DNA from: an uncultured Flavobacteriales bacterium
Lineage (GTDB): Bacteria; Bacteroidota; Bacteroidia; Flavobacteriales_C; GCA-002722245
Reading direction: 5' to 3'
Assembly (NCBI GenBank): GCA_905182585.1
Contig: CAJJCC010000001.1
Location: 96-64,095, forward strand
Length of the DNA stretch: 64,000 nucleotides
Shown here piece by piece: positions 59,421 through 64,000 of this stretch. The notes below the pieces were generated by a model. It searched no databases. It was not told the DNA's origin and saw only the letters and a list, made by a program, of their open reading frames with translations. Made by a program: the position numbers and the translations under genes. Each line of letters starts with the position of its first letter. Within the stretch, counting starts at the first letter, position 1.

Positions 59421-60676
59421 TGAACTTGTAACAAAAGTAGGACAGTTTTTCTAATACCTATGCTGTATTTTCATGAATTCTAATTCAATTTCTTTAGGTG
59501 TTTTATAATCCAATGAAGAGTGTAACCTTCTCGTATTATACCAAGTTTTAATATATTGAAATACCGTAGTTTTAGCCTGTTCTATGCTTTTATAATCATC
59601 ATGATAAATTAATTCTGACTTTAATATTTTAAAGAAACTTTCCGCCACTACGTTATCCCAACAATTACCTTCCTTACTCATAGTCTGAACAATCAAACAA
59701 TTATCTTTCAGTAACTTTCTAAACTCTTTACTGGCATATTGAACGTCTTTGTCCGAATGAAATATAACCGGCTTATCAATTGTTCTTTTTGACAAGGCCA
59801 TTTTCTAAGCAGTAACTATAGTTTCCTTAGTAAACAAATATTTACTCAACGCCCAGCCGATTAATTGCCTATCAAATAAATCGATTATCGTTGTTAAATA
59901 AAGCCATCCTTGATCAGTTTTGATGTAAGTAATATCAGATACCCAAGTTTCATTTAATGCCTTTGGTGTAAAGTTTCGACTTAAATGATTCTTTGAAATA
60001 CAGTATCCATGATTAGAATCTGTAGTCACTTTAAAACTTCTTTTGATTTTGCTTATCAAGGCTTCTTTACGCATTAGTTTGGCCACTCTTAGTCGAGAAA
60101 AAAAATAACCTTTTCTTTTCATACTTGCTGCTATTATTTCACTGCCGTACGTCTTTTTACTTTTTGTAAACACCTATTTTATTACTTGAGTCAATCGAAT
60201 ATTTTCAAAATTATGTTTCAAAATTTCTCCTGTATACCAGCTATAGTAGTAACTTATTAATACTTTTAAAACCTTACACATCCTCTCGTTGGAGTAATTG
60301 TCCTTATTTATACTATTATTTGGTAAATTCCCCATCGTTTTTAGAGAAGATGTGAACGGCTTTTTTAAATATTTCAAGTTCTAATTCAACGTTCTTTAAT
60401 GTTTTGCGTAACTCTTTTACTTCCTGATTATCCTGCTTTTAACAGTAAGAGAAACCTTAGTCTCATTTTGTTTCCAGCACGCCATTTATAAATATTTGCT
60501 GTTTGGACTCCTAATTAATCTGCTAAATACTTGATGGTGTCTCCCTGATAACTCAACCAAATAACTTTTGATTTAAACTCTTTGCTGAACTTTCTTTTTT
60601 CTCTTGCAATAATTATAATCTATTAATTTTTAGAATAGGTCTTATATTTTGTGTCCTAATAAAGTTAGCAACTCCA
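59421..60676 (-). mobile_element. IS3-family insertion sequence, heavily decayed copy
   Basis: IRs TGAACTTGTAACAAAAGTAGGACA / reverse complement of TGTCCTAATAAAGTTAGCAACTCCA. Transposase fragments at 59451..59801, 59805..60173 and 60174..60377, plus a scrambled orfA up to about 60620. Confidence 0.7.
59451..60620 (-). pseudogene. IS3-family transposase remnants (orfA and orfB)
   Basis: In-frame TAG stops at the 59802..59804 and 60174..60176 junctions (the first replaces a conserved Trp). The orfA region has several stops. About two-thirds identity to the first IS copy by eye across WVSDITYIKT.QGWLYLT.IIDL. Confidence 0.7.
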
Positions 60677-60871
60677 GTTTTTAAATACATTTAAACTGAG
60701 AACAACAGACTGAGAAGATATTCAACATTAAACGGAAAATAAATATTAGAATTTAATCAAATTAATAACCTAAAATCAGCTACTTAACTTTTTTTTGAAA
60801 ATTGTAGATTAAATTCCAGATTTTCCTGAAACTAAAATCTTTCAATAAAAGCTACGATTGCATAACTGTTT

Positions 60872-61441
60872 TTAAAATGAATACCCAAATCCTATTTTCC
60901 CATTCATTAAGTGTAGAAAGTCAATTGTTGGATTTATTTGTAAACCATAAGTTTCATCCATGTAATAATTTGCTTCTTCGATATTATAAAACATCATTGA
61001 ATAACCAATTTCAAACTTTATAAATGCTGTTGTTCCAATTTTTAACCCCAGTTTTGAGTTAAATATTGAGAAATCAACAGAAATATCTACTTTTTTATTT
61101 TCTATTTCAGTAGTTCTAATCGGTAAGTGTCCATATCCAAACCCAAAGTAAAGACCTTTTCCTTTTTTATTGAAATAAATATTAGAACCTAATGAATAGT
61201 AGCTTATGGTAGTTTTTGAATTTGGGACAAAGTTAGGAAGGTAAGTGATATCAGCATTAATAGAAAAGTGATTAGAAACAAAGGGTAGTATATATTCACC
61301 GCTTAATCCTACTATATTCGGAAACCCTACATCTAAGGAAATTCGTGACCTATTTATTTCATGCTCTTTATTCTCGTTTTCTTGAGAAAACCCTAGAACA
61401 GGGAAAATTAAAATCAGCAATACACATTTTAATTTTCGCAT
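60872..61441 (-). CDS. small outer-membrane beta-barrel protein
   Basis: 189 aa. Signal peptide, alternating aromatic/glycine strands, and terminal GFGYSF. Confidence 0.5.
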   Translation of the reverse strand: MRKLKCVLLILIFPVLGFSQENENKEHEINRSRISLDVGFPNIVGLSGEYILPFVSNHFSINADITYLPNFVPNSKTTISYYSLGSNIYFNKKGKGLYFGFGYGHLPIRTTEIENKKVDISVDFSIFNSKLGLKIGTTAFIKFEIGYSMMFYNIEEANYYMDETYGLQINPTIDFLHLMNGKIGFGYSF

Positions 61442-61446
61442 AATCC

Positions 61447-61992
61447 CTAATTTAACAATTTAGCTGAAATATTAAACTTCGTAGAAATATTCAAGGTATG
61501 ATCTTGAGTTAAAAGCTCATCTGTAATTGCATTAATTCGTAGAGTGAAAGAATCCATTTTGATGTACTCCTGAAGATCGTGACTTGTTACGTCTAACTTC
61601 AAAATATTGCTTCCAGTATTTACAACTGGTTTTTTCCAAGCTACGCTTTTTTCATCCAAACCATCTGCTTTAATATAAATCGTTACTTCTTCTAAAAAGC
61701 TAAAATCGGCTGAGCTCGGGTTTTTGATCTCGATAGAAATGTTTTCAATAAATATTTCCTTTATTAGATCCTTTCTTGTTTTTTCATTTTTAAACTCCTG
61801 TTTAGAATTTGTTTCAGTTGGAGGAGTATTAATATTAAAAGGAAGGTTAACTCCTGTCGAACTACTAATTGTGGCCTCCTCGGAATATGATATAGTGAAT
61901 TTTGTAAAACCTTCAAATTGTTTTTTGCATGAGATGAATAAAACACACATTATTAACACACTGAATATTTTGTTCATAGAAATCATTTTCAT
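61447..61992 (-). CDS. lipoprotein, unknown function
   Basis: The internal Met at 61992 gives MKMISMNKIFSVLIMCVLFISC (lipobox). The longer track ORF (to 62058) adds an implausible N-terminus. Confidence 0.45.
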   Translation of the reverse strand: MKMISMNKIFSVLIMCVLFISCKKQFEGFTKFTISYSEEATISSSTGVNLPFNINTPPTETNSKQEFKNEKTRKDLIKEIFIENISIEIKNPSSADFSFLEEVTIYIKADGLDEKSVAWKKPVVNTGSNILKLDVTSHDLQEYIKMDSFTLRINAITDELLTQDHTLNISTKFNISAKLLN

Positions 61993-62410
61993 GAAGGTAG
62001 TTAAATATATTCTTTGAAAATAAAGAACTCTGAACAACCAGAAGTCACAAATAGACATTTTTTTAACGATAAGGTTTATTAAAACGGATTCACTACTGTG
62101 TATAAACTAGGAATTCCCACTTTTTATGATACAAAGACACTAAATAAAGACTTCGGGGTAAGTCCCAAATTCATTATAATGCTAGGACAACTTATCCTTT
62201 GAAAAAGAATAAGGATGACGGGAATATCGACCATCTAAATTTATTTTTCAAATGTTATGTGGACAACGAATAAATTGAACATTTAACAATAGGACTTGTT
62301 AAATGTCGAGTTGATTACCATTGATGTCATTTAATAGATGCTATGTTATTAGCAATTGTTGACCTTTAGTTTTAGTAAAGTCATAATATGACTTCACACG
62401 AGTTCATTTA

Positions 62411-62455
62411 CAGATTCAAAATTTCCTTCAAAAAGTTCGATACTTCACTTGTTTT
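62411..62455 (+). other. degenerate tRNA-Leu-like relic C (short)
   Basis: CAGATTCAAAAT matches the anticodon stem-loop of the intact tRNA-Leu (GGATTCAAAAT), followed directly by the 18-mer (62423..62440). Confidence 0.3.
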
Positions 62456-62561
62456 GGACACTCAAAAAATCTAAGTTCATTGGAGTTTTTTTTTGATCAA
62501 AGGTTAGAACTTATGAGCTTCATTAAAAATTATCTCTGTTACCAAAAAAATAAGCTATCTA

Positions 62562-62756
62562 TAAAGTTGATTTTTTTAAATTAAGACTAACATCTCTGTT
62601 AAGCCTTTTTTCTGAAAATGACTCAGGGCCTACTGGAATAACTCTTTTGGTGTATTCTTCATTGATCTTCCATTGAAGTTCAGGATTTTTCACTGTTAAA
62701 TCAATAGATCTTACCGCATCAAAGGAATGGTCCTCATCGAGGAGTTTAGAAATAAC
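62562..62756 (-). pseudogene. 65-codon open frame without a start codon (gene remnant)
   Basis: Minus-strand frame VISKLLDEDHSFDAVRSIDLTVKNPELQWKINEEYTKRVIPVGPESFSEKRLNRDVSLNLKKSTL. Bounded by TAA upstream and TAG downstream, with no ATG/GTG/TTG start. Confidence 0.3.
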
Positions 62757-62993
62757 TTACAGACACATTAATAATGTAATTGGTTCCAAAAAAAATATTC
62801 AATAATGATTGAAAATAAGATATCCTTAAAGTAAATCTTGATAAAATTTGTGAATGTCAATTTAACATAAATATATAGTCGAAAAAGCAAGAGTATAAAA
62901 TAAATGTGGCTTCTTATTACGATCAGTAACTCAAATTAACAAGTGTATTTCATTAAATAATAAGAATAAAGTATCCAAATTTACTTGGGTATT

Positions 62994-64000
62994 TTATTCT
63001 TTAATAATTTTAATAGTTTTTGAATTATTAAACTTTACAAAATAAACTCCACTTGGAATTTTTGATAAAGAAACGGTGAATTTGGTATCCAAAATAAGTT
63101 GTGAATGAACTCTTTTACCATATACGTTATAAATACTCAACCAGCCATTTTCTTCTATTGGAACCTCAATATTTATATTGTTTGTAAATGGATTTGGAAA
63201 CGCTTTTGCTTCAAATAAATCAAATGTAGTAATTGTATTAATATTCAAATCTAGTAACTCAAGTGTTGCCCAAACAGGGTAATGGTCAGATCCTCCAAAG
63301 TTTTTAGGTGATGCTACTTCATGTAAAACCCACCTGTCAGAAGGTTTAAACATAATGTGATCAATTGCCGCAGGTGTTTCGCTATTTGAATTCTTAGCAA
63401 TATCAAAACCGGCCACCTCCAACAAATTTACAGCAGGGCTATTAATTTTGGAGTTGAAATCGCCTAATAAAATAATAGGAGTCTCTGCAGAGTTTCTATT
63501 GTTGATCCAGTCTAAAATCTCATTTACTTGATACACTCGATATTCACTTTTTTCCCAAGTTAAATGAGTATTATAAATAGCCACTTTACTATTATTCATC
63601 TCTACTATAGTTTCTGAAATAATAATAGATCCAGAACCTACCTCCAAATTAGCCGGAACCTTTTTTAAATCGTTTGATTTAGGAATTGAACGATAAAGCA
63701 TTGCATCGCCAACTTTACCTCCTGAAGTATCTTGATAAAGAGTATGAAAAATTTGATGCATACTAGACGCTTCAGAAATTAATTTCGACACATCTATATC
63801 AGAATGGAATTTATTATCAACTTCCTGTAGAGCACATATGTCAGGGTTTATTTCTTGTATTGCGTCAATTACTTCTTGATAATCTGAATTGGAATTGCCT
63901 TTTGCAAATATGTTGTAAGTCATTATCTTTATCTTTTCATCATATTGACCAAAACAAACGCTTGTTAATATCAAAAATAAAATATTTAATGTTATTTTTT
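62994..64000 (-). CDS. endonuclease/exonuclease/phosphatase (EEP) family protein with T9SS C-terminal sorting domain, 5' end beyond the window
   Basis: EEP blocks (MTYNIF, ALQEVD, LLGDFN, SDHYPV). C-terminal tail FPNPFTNNINIEV...SGVYFVKF. The frame stays open upstream of 63974 (..KITLNILFLILTSVCFGQ signal peptide), so the true start lies past 64000. Confidence 0.75.
   Translation of the reverse strand, partial: KITLNILFLILTSVCFGQYDEKIKIMTYNIFAKGNSNSDYQEVIDAIQEINPDICALQEVDNKFHSDIDVSKLISEASSMHQIFHTLYQDTSGGKVGDAMLYRSIPKSNDLKKVPANLEVGSGSIIISETIVEMNNSKVAIYNTHLTWEKSEYRVYQVNEILDWINNRNSAETPIILLGDFNSKINSPAVNLLEVAGFDIAKNSNSETPAAIDHIMFKPSDRWVLHEVASPKNFGGSDHYPVWATLELLDLNINTITTFDLFEAKAFPNPFTNNINIEVPIEENGWLSIYNVYGKRVHSQLILDTKFTVSLSKIPSGVYFVKFNNSKTIKIIKE

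Noticed and set aside
53123-62455. A classical integrative genomic island or prophage at tRNA-Leu.
   Set aside because: No tyrosine or serine recombinase, excisionase, conjugation or phage genes, or fragments of them, are detectable. The repeat copies are highly diverged rather than exact att sites. Only the weaker claim of old scars or duplications is retained.
1-64000. CRISPR arrays, rRNA operons, tmRNA, RNase P RNA, known riboswitch cores, retron- or DGR-like elements, toxin-antitoxin pairs and defence islands.
   Set aside because: A by-eye scan found no regularly spaced direct repeats, no conserved cores I can recognise from these RNA families, and no reverse transcriptase, nuclease-helicase or Cas-like ORFs. 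Absence by eye is not proof, and Infernal/Rfam and a defence-system search would be decisive.

Overview
AT-rich chromosomal segment that reads as a Flavobacteriia-type Bacteroidota genome: gldE-gldD gliding genes, three proteins with T9SS C-terminal sorting domains, TAnnTTTG-type -7 boxes, and many starts without a Shine-Dalgarno. The first ~52 kb is ordinary core: thrABC, a multi-PAS kinase with a LytTR regulator, a YceI-like/beta-barrel/DUF4271-like/hemD cluster, LPS-type glycosyltransferases, holB, pgk, an MsbA-like ABC exporter, an M43 protease, a desaturase, mutY-ssb-gldE-gldD, HU, RNase E/G, tRNA-Gln, a giant DUF2723-type membrane protein, slyD and pth-rplY-prs. From tRNA-Leu(CAA) at 53041 to the window end the sequence is mosaic. 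It holds two decayed IS3-family elements, three degenerate tRNA-Leu-like relics sharing an exact 18-mer, a duplicated copy of the tRNA downstream flank, a gene remnant, and T9SS cargo genes. The most interesting content is two separate modules with the same layout: a secreted beta-rich protein, then a strong hairpin with a U-tract, then a di-haem MauG/MbnH-type cytochrome c peroxidase. One is an MbnP-like/MbnH-like pair (32.1-34.4 kb). The other pairs a PhoX/DUF839-like T9SS protein with an N-terminally extended peroxidase (55.0-58.8 kb). I saw no CRISPR array, rRNA, integrase or recognisable defence system. All functional calls come from reading the translated ORFs by eye, with no database searches.
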